NCBI RefSeq assembly: GCF_006345805.1
Contig: NC_042997.1
Coordinates: forward strand, 60,698,001-60,762,000
Source of the DNA: Octopus sinensis
Lineage: Eukaryota
Reading direction: 5' to 3'
DNA: 64,000 bases
Shown: one piece after another, positions 1 through 12,579 of the stretch
How positions within the stretch are numbered: the stretch's first letter is position 1
Layout: every line of letters starts with the position of its first letter
The notes under the pieces: generated by a model
Seen by the model: only the letters and a program-made list of their open reading frames with translations
Told to the model about the DNA's origin: nothing
Databases searched by the model: none
Made by a program: the position numbers and the translations under genes

Positions 1-506
1 CATTGTGGCAGGCTGGTGAATGACAAAATTTGTTGGGTGTCAGATTAAATGTTATAGGATTTTAGCTACAGGACTTTACATTCTGAGTTAAATGCTTCTA
101 GGGTAAATTTTGTTACAGATTGTTGTTTTCAGTCCTAAATCAGCCCTAATTGAACAAATTTATTACCAAAGACATTCCAGCTGTGAACATCTTCTCTTTG
201 ATTCAGAAATAATTTATCTTGAACTACTGTAAAGACAAAAGGATGTGATTTGAGGGTAATTTAGTTCTTTCTTCTGGGTCAAGCTACTACATGGGGTCTT
301 GGGCTGGTTACGTAATGAGGTAACTATAACATACCTGGAATTGATTGAATCCATTATATTCCACCCCTTATAAATTTTGTAACTTTTAGCAAATGTAAGA
401 AATATTTTATTAGCATCATGAGATGGCAGGCAAGTTTCAAGAATGAAACAGTATCAGGTTAAATGCCTTAATGTATTTAGATTTGCTGTTTTAAATTCTG
501 AAATTT

Positions 507-709
507 AGGTGCAGGCATGGCTGAAGATTTAAGAAGCTCACTTTGCAACCACATTATTTCATGTTTGAGCCTGCTCTGTGGCACTCTGGCCAAATCTCTT
601 CCATGATAGCCCCACCCCAGTTAACCAAGGCCTTGAGAGTGAAATATGGTAGACAGAAATTGTATGGAAGCTTATTGGGTGTTATATGTGTGTGCATGTG
701 TGTGCATAC

Positions 710-715
<6 letters not shown>
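507..715 (+). mobile_element. Degenerate 5' half of the dominant tRNA-derived SINE (family A)
   Basis: aggtgcaggcatggctg...ccaaggccttgagagtgaaatatggtagacagaaa resembles the better copy at 27566-27972. Its microsatellite region is where the LINE at 763 begins. Confidence 0.65.
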
Positions 716-762
<47 letters not shown>

Positions 763-766
<4 letters not shown>

Positions 767-3747
767 CTTTGTTGCATGCAATCAAGCCTTATGCATAGCA
801 CTTACAGAAACGCACCTGAAACCGGACATAGCAGATGCGGAGTTACACATACCACAGTATGCTGTACTACGGACCGACAGGAAAGAAAGGAGTCATGGAG
901 GTGTTGCTATGTACATCCGTGAGGACCTCACACCCCAGGTCCTCTTGTCATACTCAAACTCGGTGTGTGACACACTAATTGTACATATTAGGCAACTTGA
1001 TGTAGTTGTGTGTGCTACATATCGCCCTCCAGATGCCCCAAGCCATGTGGGCAAGTTTGAAGACTGCCTTATAAAAATAGAAGAAATTCTAACCACATTA
1101 GAACAACACATAGGTGTGCTTCTTATGGGAGACTTCAATCTGCCCAATGTCAGATGGCCCGAGGGCCTTTCTCTCCCAGGAATGACAAGATGTGAACGAG
1201 GACAGGCGAGGTCCCTCCTGAACCTCATCAACACCCTGTACATGGAGCAGGTAATACTCCAACCAACCAGGGAAGGTAACACACTGGATCTCTGCTTCAC
1301 AAATGACATGGATCTCATCCATAATGTGAAAGTGACACGACACTACTCTCGGATCACAACATGATAGAGCTGACCATGTACGGGCCAAAAGAGAGCACGG
1401 ACATGCAGCCTACAAGAAACCCTCAAAATCTTTCCAGCTTGAACTACCATAAGGCAAACTGGAAACAAATTGAGAAAGAGATCCTCAAACAAAACTGGCC
1501 TAAATGTCTCTCTCGCCAGACATCGACGTGAAACTTCAACAATTCATGTCTGTAATGCAAGCCATATGCTACAAATTGTCCCAGAGAGAAAGGCCACTGT
1601 ACACAAGAACAAAATCCCCAGAGAGAGGAAAATTTTAATGAGACGGCGTACGAAATTTTCAAATCGCCTAAACAAACAGATTGAAAGCAGTGAAAAGTCC
1701 CGCCTAAAAATAAAACTGTTGGAAATCGAAAAATGTCTGCAACTCTCCCATGAAAAAGAAAGAGCAGACAAAGAAGCCTGGGCTATAGAAAACATAAAAT
1801 CTAACCCCAGAGCTTTCTACAGGTATGCCAAAGAAACAGCTACAGTGCACTGTAGAATAGGGCCACTCCTCGAAAAGGATGGCACACTTACAGGAAAACC
1901 AATGAGGGTAAGTGAAATACTGAATGAGCAATTCAAGAGTGTTTTCACTCCACCCCTTGGGCATCTCCAAATCACCAATCCAACTGACTTTTTTACCACT
2001 GCAGATTAAAATCAGAGGCGGCGACGATAGATTACATCGATATAAAGGAAGACGATGTAACCAAGGCTATAGATGAAATAAAAACAGACTCAGCTACTGG
2101 CCCCGATGGATTCCCGGCAATCCTCCTAAAAGCATGTAAGAGAATCCTAGCAAGACCACTGCAGTTCCTCTTTCAGAGCTTCCTTGCAGCTGGCAAACTT
2201 CCAGGAAAACTGAAGGAAGGTAAAATATGCCCCATTCATAAAGGAGGTAGCAGAGCGGAAGCCAAGAACTATAGACCTATCTCTCTGACCTCACACATCA
2301 GCAAGGTCATGGAACGAATAGTCAGAAGGAAGCTGATCACCTTCCTTGAAGAGAATGACTTGCTGCCCGACACCCAACATGGTTTCCGACCAGGGAGAAG
2401 CTGTTTAACTCAGCTCCTACAACACTATGACTGGGTGCTGAAACGGCTGCTCAACCACTCAAATGTGGAAGTGATATATCTCGACTTTGCAAAGGCCTTT
2501 GATAAAGTCGATCATGGAATGATATGTCACAAACTGCGTGATCTCAACATAGTTGGAAAACTGGGAGAATGGCTTCATGACTTTCTGAAGGATAGAAGTC
2601 AGGTGGTAGTAGCCAATGGGGCCACCTCCATTAACACACAAATAGTGAGCGGGGTGTTCCGCAGGGCACTGTTCTGGGACCACTTGTTTCATAATGGCCC
2701 TCTCAGACATGCCCTCAGCCACGCAGAGAGCCACGATCACAAGTTATGCAGATGATACAAAAGTTTCACAGGCAATACAGAACCCTGAGGACACTAAACA
2801 CCTGCAATGTGAGCTGGACGAAATATACAAGTGGGCTGAAAAGAATAGCATGCAGTTCAATGCTGGAAAGTTTCAAGCTTTATACTATCAGCATGCAAAA
2901 CTGAATGCAATACCCAATGAATACACTGGACCCGGAGGGATTGCAATCCCAGAGGCACAATCAGTGCGTGACCTGGGTATTCACATGAGTGATGACGCGA
3001 CCTTTCATGTACATGTTGCTAAACTGACATGAAATGTAGACGGCTGGCTGGATGGATTCTTAGAACCTTTAGAACAAGAGAACAAGAAACCATGATGGTC
3101 CTCTGGAAGACACTTGTCCTAAGCCACTTTGACTATTGCTCTCAGCTATGGTCACCATCCAGTGTCAAGTTGATCACAGAACTTGAGGCGATCCAACGAA
3201 GCTACACAAAGAAGATAGCCTCTATGCAGAATGTAAGCTACTGGGAAAGACTCAAGAGATTAAAATTATATTCCCTGGAGCGTAGGCGGGAAAGATATGC
3301 CATAATATACATCTGGAAGATCCTGGAGGGAAGTGTCCTGAACTTTGGCATCGAGAGTTACGCAAATGCCAGAACTGGGCGCCACTGCGTGGTGCCTAGG
3401 ACTCCAAACCTGCCATCAAGATGTAGGACAAGATTCTGTGATAGCCTGGGCTTCCGAGGCCCACAGCTCTTCAATATCCTCCCGAAGAACCTGAGAGACC
3501 TGCATGGGGTGGATACAGATGTCTTTAAAATGAAGCTGGATCTCTTCCTGTCAGGTGTCCCAGATGAACCAACTTCACGGCAGGAGGGGCAGATGAGGGC
3601 AGCTGCATCGAACTCTCTCATGCACCAAATAGCAGTTGCTAGAAAGCCTCCATGAAGTGAAACCAAGTAGCAACACCAAATGGCGGTGCCCCAGCATGGC
3701 CACAGCTCATAAGCTGAAACTAGAATCAATCAATCAATCAATCAATC
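763..3747 (+). mobile_element. 5'-truncated CR1/L2-group non-LTR retrotransposon ORF2 (APE endonuclease + reverse transcriptase), frameshifted, with (AATC)n tail
   Basis: APE motifs: LTETHL, GGVAMY, YRPP, MGDFN, TLDLCF, SDHN. RT motifs: GPDG, NYRPISLTS, QHGFR, YLDFAKAFDKVDH, (S)GVPQGTVLGP, YADDTK. C-terminal YCSQLWSP and LERRRERY. The element ends in aatcaatc repeats at 3724-3747 and is flanked by (TA)n on both sides. Confidence 0.95.
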
Positions 3748-4261
<514 letters not shown>

Positions 4262-4262
<1 letters not shown>

Positions 4263-4452
4263 ATAGGGAGAGTTTATGGAAAACAGAAAAGATGAAGACA
4301 GGTGGTGTACAAAACAAACAGATGTATTAGTATAACGCTCAGGAATGGAAAATGTCTTTTACCTTTCGAGCCTATGCTCTTCTACAGAAAAGGACACAGA
4401 AAAAACAAGGAGAGAAAAAAATGCGTGTAGGAGCTAACGATCTATCATGGTG
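4262..4452 (-). mobile_element. Short (TA)n-associated repeat carrying a hammerhead-like motif (possible Penelope-like pLTR or retrozyme-like element)
   Basis: Homologous copy in the opposite orientation at 63700-63892; partial copies at about 16148-16232 and 22441-22507. All abut (TA)n. Minus strand 4387-4364 reads CTGTAGAA-GAGC-ATAG-GCTC-GAAA. Confidence 0.6.
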
Positions 4453-5789
4453 TCCTGTATTATATATATATATATATATAATGTGATGAGTATATAGGGA
4501 TAAAAATTATCCAGGTGGGTACTGCAAGAGCTCTCAGGTATAGTCCAGGTTCTAGCTAACTGCATCAAATAGTAAGAAGCATCAAGGATTGCTTAGAGTG
4601 AGCAATCTCACTGTAAATATTTTAATGGGTAAATTTACATATATATATGAAACATTCAGTTTTCCATGCTTGCTTGGATCAGACAGATTTTGTATAGTCG
4701 GATGTCATTCTTGTCATCAAGCCCCACCTGCTTCCTAGCAAGGTAATATTTCACCATATCCAGACATGATTACGAGAAAGTTTGATAAAAAAGATCACCT
4801 CTTGCATGACAGTAACAGTTGCTGAAAACTACTGCCTAATGTTAAGATAAGGAGACAGAAATATAAACAAACAAACATACACCATGATGTTCTGTTGATC
4901 TAATGTGCTAGTTTTCCTTATTTCCATTGATTTTTAAAATATACAGCTGAATTGTATTATGCAGAGTATATATATTAATGCAACATGTAAGCATAATGTC
5001 TTTCAAACTGAAATTAATAGTACATGAAGAAGGTTTCAAAATTACCATAATCCTATGTTGTCATGCGGTTAAATAAGTATATATTCATTTCTTATACCTC
5101 CTGACTTTTATGGCATATATAAATATATATATATATATGGCATATATATATATATATATATTTATGGCATATATATATATATAGATACACACACACACAC
5201 ACATATAGACACCTGCCTACATACTACATACAAACATACATACATATACTTACAAGGCTTTAGAAGACACTTGTTCAATAAAATAAGAACTCATGATCTG
5301 GTTCGTTGAAGTTCCCTGTATTCACATTATATCCATGATGTTGAGGTTCTTGATGTGTTTTGCAGAGTGTGACACATCCGTCCATATCTAAAATTTAGGT
5401 CTATTAATGGTTTAACCTGGCTTCTCTGTCATCCTGAAATAATTAATTGAACATGTCGCTTAATCCCAGGTCAACATAGATTAAGTAGACAGAAGATTTT
5501 ATTCTTGTACTAAAGTTTGAAGTTATTATTAACACTGTTACATCACTAAAGATTGGGTTCTTAGATTCACTTATATTCTTGACAACAATGTCATTTAATT
5601 CACCACTGAGCTCTTCTTTAACTGAAGTTAAAACTGCAAAAAATAAGGGCAGAAAGATTGAGCGAGGTGTCAATAGAACCAACTATTATATTGTACTTAC
5701 TATCTTTCAAATGAAGGAACATAATGATTTATTATATTTATTATTTTCGTGTTTTTCCTGTGATGTGACAACTGAAGCATATGGTGCCT

Positions 5790-6300
5790 CAGATGAGTGC
5801 CCAAGTTACTGGCACCTTCAGCCAGGCCCACCTTTGTTCCCACCTTCCATAGGTATCCACCAAGCCATGTACCATGCTTTTCACCAGTATTTCTTGTCCA
5901 TTCTCATCATCATGTCCAGTGCATTTGTCACTCTTGAATACTTTAGCTGATGTTTTTTAGCAACCATAATCTCTCTCAGGTCATCTGTACTCTATCTTAA
6001 AAGCAAGCTAATATTACACATCTAAAGGATCACACTTGCTTAACTTTTCTAAGACGCTACAGATCCATTCAGTAGCCATATCTTACTCTCATATAGCTTC
6101 ATAAAGTCTGCCTTTCACAGTATGTACAATATGTTGCTATCAAATATTGAACACCATATACAAGTCTTTCAAACCAGCTCTGTAGCCATGCTGTACATAC
6201 CCACTTTGTTTAGTGTGGTACTAGGAATATTTACTGAATTCAAGTTACATTTATGCTTGAATCAATCATTTTTTATTATATCTCAAATGTACCTGGCTAT
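5790..6300 (-). mobile_element. Highly decayed RTE-like LINE 3' region
   Basis: The reverse strand loosely resembles the RTE C-terminal region (WxGH...G.R..G.P); no clean ORF remains. Confidence 0.35.
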
Positions 6301-6392
6301 GTTGATGTTATCTGGAGCACCTCCAAAATAACTAACAGACCAGATATTTTTTTTATTTATCTCAATGTTTATTTTTCTCTTTTGTTCTTCAG

Positions 6393-6766
6393 ATCAATTA
6401 AAGCATGCTGTTACTACACAGGATGCCAACAAAGTTTGCCAGACAAATGAAAATTTCTGGAGAAATCTTTGGTGTAACAAAAGCTGTGGAGACAAAGACA
6501 AATTTCTTAATAATAATAAATATAATGAACCTAATCAACAACCAAATTCAGATGTCTTAGCAGAATCTGAAACGCATGTTTTTGAAAGTATTCATGACTG
6601 CATATATTGGTGTAGCCAAAGCAAGGATAAAGCTTTAAATAAACGTCTCTCTATTCAACCATCAATGCCATCAATACTGGAAGAAGCTGACCATGTCCAA
6701 ATCTTAGTAACTGGTAGCCTTTATTTAGTAGGAGGTGTTCTTACAATATTTAGAGACTCAATATAA
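6393..6766 (+). CDS. FPGS: Folylpolyglutamate synthase, final coding exon
   Basis: Polypyrimidine acceptor ttttgttcttcag|ATC at 6392/6393. The translation (D)QLKHAVT...VFESIHDCIYWCSQ...SILEEADHVQILVTGSLYLVGGVL matches the metazoan FPGS C-terminus (human ...VFSCISHALQWISQG...SILREAAAIHVLVTGSLHLVGGVL). TAA stop at 6764-6766. Upstream exons are not evident in this window. Confidence 0.92.
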
Positions 6767-7050
6767 ATCTTGTTCCCTTAAAGCAAATAATATGGATGCC
6801 TTATCTTGAGAACATTCCTGAAAGACAGATGCAGAGGTGTGGATATGGAAACAGTGTGTTGAATATTACAAGACACAATTGAATATGACTGTGCCATTAA
6901 TTTGCACTCTGCAATATATATGAAATGACATAGAACATTTAAGATGTTGTAGAAGTGCATTACTTGTAGAAAATATTTATTAGCCATTTTAGGAATGCAC
7001 AAAGATTGTCAACTTCACTTAGACATTTATTATTTTAGTACAGCTTGCAC

Positions 7051-7085
7051 AATAAATGTTTTGATATTAAATAACAAATAATAAA
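7051..7085 (+). promoter_or_regulatory. Candidate FPGS polyadenylation signals (AATAAA at 7051 and 7080)
   Basis: Two AATAAA hexamers about 290-320 nt after the stop, each followed by tgttt. Confidence 0.55.
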
Positions 7086-7379
7086 TGTTTAAGTGAATTT
7101 AACTGTCTTACTGTATTTTAAAAACAGCTAACAGGTCTTCTATGCTGCAATCATTTTAGCACACTGTCCAAGACCAAATCCTTTGCCTGGCCAGTATGCC
7201 GCCGAAATGTAGAAAATATAGAATTAAATTCTTTTTAAAACTATTGTGGTGGTGCTATATAGCATGGTCAGAGTAGAATGGTTGGAACCATGAAAAGAAT
7301 AAGTGGTTATTTTCTGTGATTTGGTTATTAATTCTGTCACTAACAAGACTTCAAACATGAATTGTACATTTTCTGATTT

Positions 7380-7592
7380 TTAATCCTTTAGCATTCAAAT
7401 CATTCTGTCAAATGTTCTGCTTTTTCATTCACATTGTTATTAATTGATTATGCACTATCTGGTAGCTTTGGGATTTTGATGATGAGATTGTATATTATTT
7501 AGGGGCATTGACAAGTAAATGTGATAGGCTAGATCTGGCTGGTTAGAACATAAGGCAGAAAGCTTATTTGGGCTGGATATGGCCGGTTTAAA
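7380..7592 (+). mobile_element. TTAA/piggyBac-type MITE, right end truncated
   Basis: Begins ttaatcctttagcattc. It ends ...ggccggtttaaa exactly where the inverted-repeat arm at 7593 begins, and the complementary terminus is missing. Confidence 0.45.
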
Positions 7593-8375
7593 TATGTAGT
7601 ACGGTATTAACCATTACTTGGGGTATCCACTGCTATAGATCTGAAATCAGAAGATTTGTGTACTTATAAATGTCCCAGTACTAATCTGATAGTGAAATAT
7701 TTTCCTTTAGTTAACATTATTGCTAATTCTATATCTTATTGTGAGCATTGTTGTATCACTTAAGACTGAGTTGTCAGATTCTCTTGAAACATATTAATGG
7801 CTAATAAATTCTGTTAAATCCAATTCAAGCACATAACTGAATTTGATACAGTAAGAAAAAAATCAAAATTTATTGACAGAATATAAACAAAACATTGAGA
7901 ATGCACAAAAAGTGACCACCACCACCTGTTTTGGACACTTTAGATTGTAAATGAAATTAGGTGGACCAAAACTATGTGGAAAGTTCCTCAGATTAATTGT
8001 TTTTCTTCTTGGGTGATACAATTTAATTCCTTACCCAGTTTAATACCAATGTCTGGTTCTTGGATGTATTTAGCAGAGTCCACTCTGACAATAACTCATG
8101 AATCATTGTTTCTTTTCCTCTAGCTAAAGCCCTAAAAAATATTCATGTATTTAACAGGATTTATTAGCCATGAATATGTTTCAAGTGAATCTGACAACTC
8201 AGTCTTAAGTGATACAACAATGCTCACAATAAGATATAGAATTAGCAATAATGTTAACTAAAGGAAAATATTTCACTATCAGATTAGTACTGGGACATTT
8301 ATAAGTACACAAATCTTCTGATTTCAGATCTATGGCAGTGGATACCCCAAGTAATGGTTAATATTATACTACATA
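7593..8375. repeat. Inverted repeat: arms 7593-7819 and 8149-8375 (about 227 bp), about 330 bp spacer
   Basis: tatgtagtacggtattaaccattacttggggtatcc... is the reverse complement of ...gataccccaagtaatggttaatattatactacata, with few mismatches. Confidence 0.97.
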
Positions 8376-8938
8376 CTTGACTGACACACTGAAATCTTTC
8401 TCAATCAGGTCTCATGGAGGTAAATAGGTATCATGTAAACACTTATGTAAACTGCAGGAGCACCACTTAATTATTATTGAATATTTCTATTAGTTTGCAA
8501 TTCTGAGCTGTAGTTCAGTAGGGCTCTAATAGAAAACTTGCCAATATTCAAACCCTAAAGTTTTAGTATTATTTAGTATTTTTAAAGCATAGATCATGAC
8601 CTTGTCTCTCAAGAAATTTGCTTTGACGGCAGCGGTGGCAATGGCGACGATGGCAACGACGACGACGACGACAACTATCTTGGCAACAGTAAAATTGGTT
8701 TATTTGGTGTTTTTCCATTAATCAGAAATATCAGCTTGCTCTTTCTTGACCCTACTAGCCATTACTCATTTTTTTCCCTTCTATAAAAATAGACGAATGG
8801 ATCTTTCACCAGAACTGAGTTGCAGGTGTAGTTTTCAAAAGAGAAAGAATATTTATTGAAGAAAGAGAATACTTGACCCTCAACTTTGGCTGTAAACTGA
8901 GAGTAGACTGCAACAGCAACACCACAACTGACTAACAT

Positions 8939-9041
8939 TAAGGTGGCAAGCTGGAAAAATTGCTAGCACGCTAGGTGAAATGCTTAGTGGCATTTTGTCT
9001 GCTGCTACGTTCTGAGTTCAAATTCTGTCGAGGTGGACTTA
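8939..9041 (+). mobile_element. 5' part of a second tRNA-derived SINE family (family B)
   Basis: aaggtggcaagctgg...gttctgagttcaaattc (B-box-like GTTCAAAT). Decayed relatives at about 1-115 and 420-500 (+), and 38690-38800, 49675-49860 and 59680-59890 (-). Confidence 0.6.
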
Positions 9042-9489
9042 TTACAACAGCATTAGGCTAGCAGTTCAACCAAATGTATACTGAAGTTTTCTTTACTAAA
9101 GATATTTTAACTTTTCCTTTCTCTGTTCCAGTAACAATTCAAAACTATTTTCTATAGCATTTGAAAAAATAAATATTTTTTTACATCTGAGAAGCATTAT
9201 TCTTTTCAAGATATCTCTCACTCACCTTTCTTCTCAACAACATGCCTACTCCAAACATAACTGCTGATCTCCACCAAAAGACTACAAAGTCCTTCTATTA
9301 ATAATCACTCAAGTAGCCAGTCTTTAATTATGGTGAGCCTTGTATGAGATCCAAGTTTTTGAATTGGTAATGGCCTACATGTAACTGTATCTTTCAAGTA
9401 AGACATTTGCACTGACTAACAAAGTTGTCCCGCTGAATTATGTCATAGTGGTGGTGGTGTCTCTTGTGTACAAAAAGAGGATCCCTTCA

Positions 9490-10170
9490 ACTGTTTCCCA
9501 GGGCCTTAACTGATCGTCACTTCCACTGGTGACATGACCAAGTGCTCAAGGAAGCTGCAAAGGTGATAACAGCCATTCAGTCCCTGTAAACACCAGCCCA
9601 GAAAGGAGGTCATCACCTTTTTCATGGCTGGAGGGAAGCCTTGTTCACTGAAACGTCAATGACTGTATCTACGTTCAACAGCCGAGAACGGGTCACAGCA
9701 AACAGATAAAGTCTAGTCCCCAGAATACATCATACTAATGACACTCCACCCAGCCATAGTAATTTTCTCAAATTCTACAAAACAGATGAGAAATGACTGT
9801 GCCCTGGGAAAAACACACGAAGGAAGCTCGTGAGAGAAAGCTTGCTAAATACCATGAGTTACAGAAGCCAAGCCTGGCAGATGCATTGAGATTCAACAGA
9901 AGAAGCTGCTGGGGATTCGTGTGGCATTCATTCGGCAAAGCGCTGACAAGTGCTACAAAAGAGGAGGCCATACATCTGATCAGTGAGGCTTCAGAGTGGG
10001 CTATTAGATGGCTTTGGATAAAAAAAAACGCTGACCAGTGGCTTGTCAAATCTGAGATGTAAGATGCAACTTGATCAGCTGGGTGGGTGGGTGAGGGTGT
10101 CTGATGTTGAAACTCCCTAAGACCTCCAAAATATCACAGATGATGGAGCGTCCGGGAGATGTATCGTGGA
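9490..10170 (+). mobile_element. 3' fragment of an RLE-type (HERO-like) non-LTR retrotransposon
   Basis: Decayed HW*HDQVLK, FMAGGKP, LHPAIV..., (E)MTVPWEKHTKEARERKLAKYHEL and SEWAIRWLWIK match the RPD/ELTVPWEE...ERK..KY restriction-like endonuclease region. The 3' UTR gggtgagggtgtctgatgttgaaa resembles HERO elements. Confidence 0.8.
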
Positions 10171-11724
10171 ACTGAAGAAGGGAGGTTACTCTTAAGTGGA
10201 TTTGAGTTTAAAATAAATATACTGAACTTAGCGGCCTTTAAGACGCAAATATTTTTTCTAAATGTATACAGAAACTTGCCTTGAATGTAATACAGTCGTT
10301 TAATATTCCGGATAGGAGACCGACCATCATAGACTAGGGAGCTGAATGACCACAGGTCCGTTTACAACATAATTGTTACTGATAATACAATATTTTAAAC
10401 GAGCCAAATTATCATAGACTGTTATCGTAAACTTACGAAATAATGCCCACACTACGTCGGCAGTTGTTATGAGGTCACATAATCTCATTATACTTTCTTC
10501 CTCGGCGTATATAACCCACACATGATATGTCTTCATTATTTAATGATTCTATTGTTAAAAACATTTTCATTTTATTATACGAAAAATTCACCAAGATGAT
10601 GACAACAAAACTAAAGTGATGGTGTACCACCCTCATAGCCGGTCGCGGTTACTCACAACATCTCAGACAAAATACGAGTTTTTAATCCAATATAGGAATT
10701 CTCTTGACCAAAATCTAAACAATTATACAGTTCACCCGAAGATAATGTTGAAATACGCTCTCCCATAACATAGTTTATTTCTGATAAATTTATGATTCCA
10801 TACTTTATTCCACTATACCATCATAATGTTGTATTTGCATGTACAGAACCATATATTTTCCCCCAGTAAATCACTTGAATGGTCTTTCAAGAATTTGTTT
10901 TTACGCCTGCCAACAGTATTAAAAATTAAGAAGCAATGGGACGTGGTCGAAGGGAGATAACTCTCCTCCGTTATGTTCAAATCCTTAAACTTTACATCGT
11001 CCAGTACAATTGAGTAATGCATGGATATTATTGCATGCACTCGTCATTGATCTTCTGTAAGTACAGTTGTGGGTGATAATACTAGCAGATAAGTGAGAGG
11101 GCATCAAAAATGAATAAAGAATACCGCATACAAGTAATTACTAGATAAGTAATTAGTGTAGCATATAATTCTTGGATAAATAATGGTTCGCTGTTCAGTG
11201 TAGGCCCTTGCCTTTTAAGATGAAATAATTATCCACGGCTTCCAACCATCGTGTCTTTTTATATTCATGTCTGTGATTCTATTTGACACGTTGAATAAAA
11301 CTATGAACTCAGAGGAACTCCAGTGAAATGCTTTTACTCTGCTCACATAATCCCGTTCTGAGCAACCACGAGGTAACATATGCATCTCCGGTATTGAGTA
11401 TATTTCCTTCTGTGCGTTACTAATAGCGTACCTATGACCATGATGATTTCCAATCAAGTTGAATATTGTAATATGAGTAGAAACATACGCTGAGATATGG
11501 AAGAACCATGCACCCATACGTTTTCCGGAAATATTGCCATCCTAACAAGAAACTTTTACACAAGCGACTGTTAGAGGAAACTGAGAGCGTATTAAAGAAG
11601 GTTGAAGGGGAAACGGAGATGATACACTTGGCTTATGTCAAACAGAAAACCTATTTCATCAAAGACATGAAAAATCTTTTCATGGCAGAGGCCCTGAGTA
11701 AGCTTATGAAAACGTTAAGTTTGC

Positions 11725-11950
11725 CAACCAAAACGAATTAAAAGAATATCTATAATCCAAATTTCCAGCAGCCTATTTGTGAAAGCAGATGAAACGAAAA
11801 ACGTATACAAGATTGGCAAAAATGCGAATAACATTGCTAACAAAACAATAGCGCTAAAACATAGTGTTGAGACAATGAACCTAATTGTCTCAACACTTCA
11901 AATTAATCGACCACATTGAATGCTTCAACAAACGTAAACCGTACTTTTGT
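11725..11950 (+). mobile_element. Penelope-like element (Neptune-type) RT N-terminal remnant
   Basis: QNELKEYL...SSLFVKADETKNVYKIG...HIECFNKRKPYF resembles the PLE F-V-x-ADKT-x-N-x-Y motif region. Confidence 0.6.
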
Positions 11951-11956
11951 ATCGTA

Positions 11957-12066
11957 TTTTTTACTTGTTTCTGTCATTAGATTGCGGCCATGCTGGAGTA
12001 CCGCTTTGAAGTTTTAGTCGAATGAATTGACCCAGTACTTAATTTTTGTTAAGCCTGCTACTTACA
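11957..12066 (-). mobile_element. SINE family A, 3' part
   Basis: tttacttgtttctgtcattagattgcggccatgctggagtaccgc is the reverse complement of the family A tail. Confidence 0.8.
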
Positions 12067-12579
12067 CAAAGGCACGCACAAATATATATTTTTTTTCACA
12101 CGAGAGTTCTGGACCCCAGTTATAAACTCTTTTGCATACAGCTAATCAGAATTCAACTATCAAATTAATTTATGACCGCATAACAAGTGATGGGCGATAA
12201 GATAAAGTCACTTGGGTAAGAAATGACCATGATTCTTTTCTCTTTTAAGAATGCTTGTTGCTCTTGTTTTTGTTTCAACCATGGTTGCCTCTGCATAGTT
12301 ATTTGTGTTGTTGTTTACTTTGTAAAACAGTAAGGGGAGAGGGGTGCTAGCACATCACCCTCTGCCCACATTTTCCCCATTCATATCTTTACCATATGGG
12401 GCTCTAACAAAATCTGGTAATAGGTATAGATGCAAATCTATCTAATTAGTTGTCTCCTAAAATCAGGCATAACTTGGGGATTGGTCGACTTACAACTTAT
12501 AATGTCTAAAAGTTGATGAACCACCTATTGTTGATCCCCTCCATTTTCTTATTGTTATATATATATATATACACATACT

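Noticed and set aside
543-762. N-terminal part of the 273-aa ORF as a true protein start
   Set aside because: It runs through a SINE and (TA)n; LINE homology only begins at 763.
5443-5950. ORFs of 79 and 123 aa in the FPGS intron
   Set aside because: There is no FPGS similarity and no convincing splice sites; at most a faint resemblance to decayed retroelement sequence.
8627-8676. GC-rich (GAC/GGC)n stretch as a coding exon
   Set aside because: It is a degenerate trinucleotide microsatellite without splice sites or a supporting ORF.
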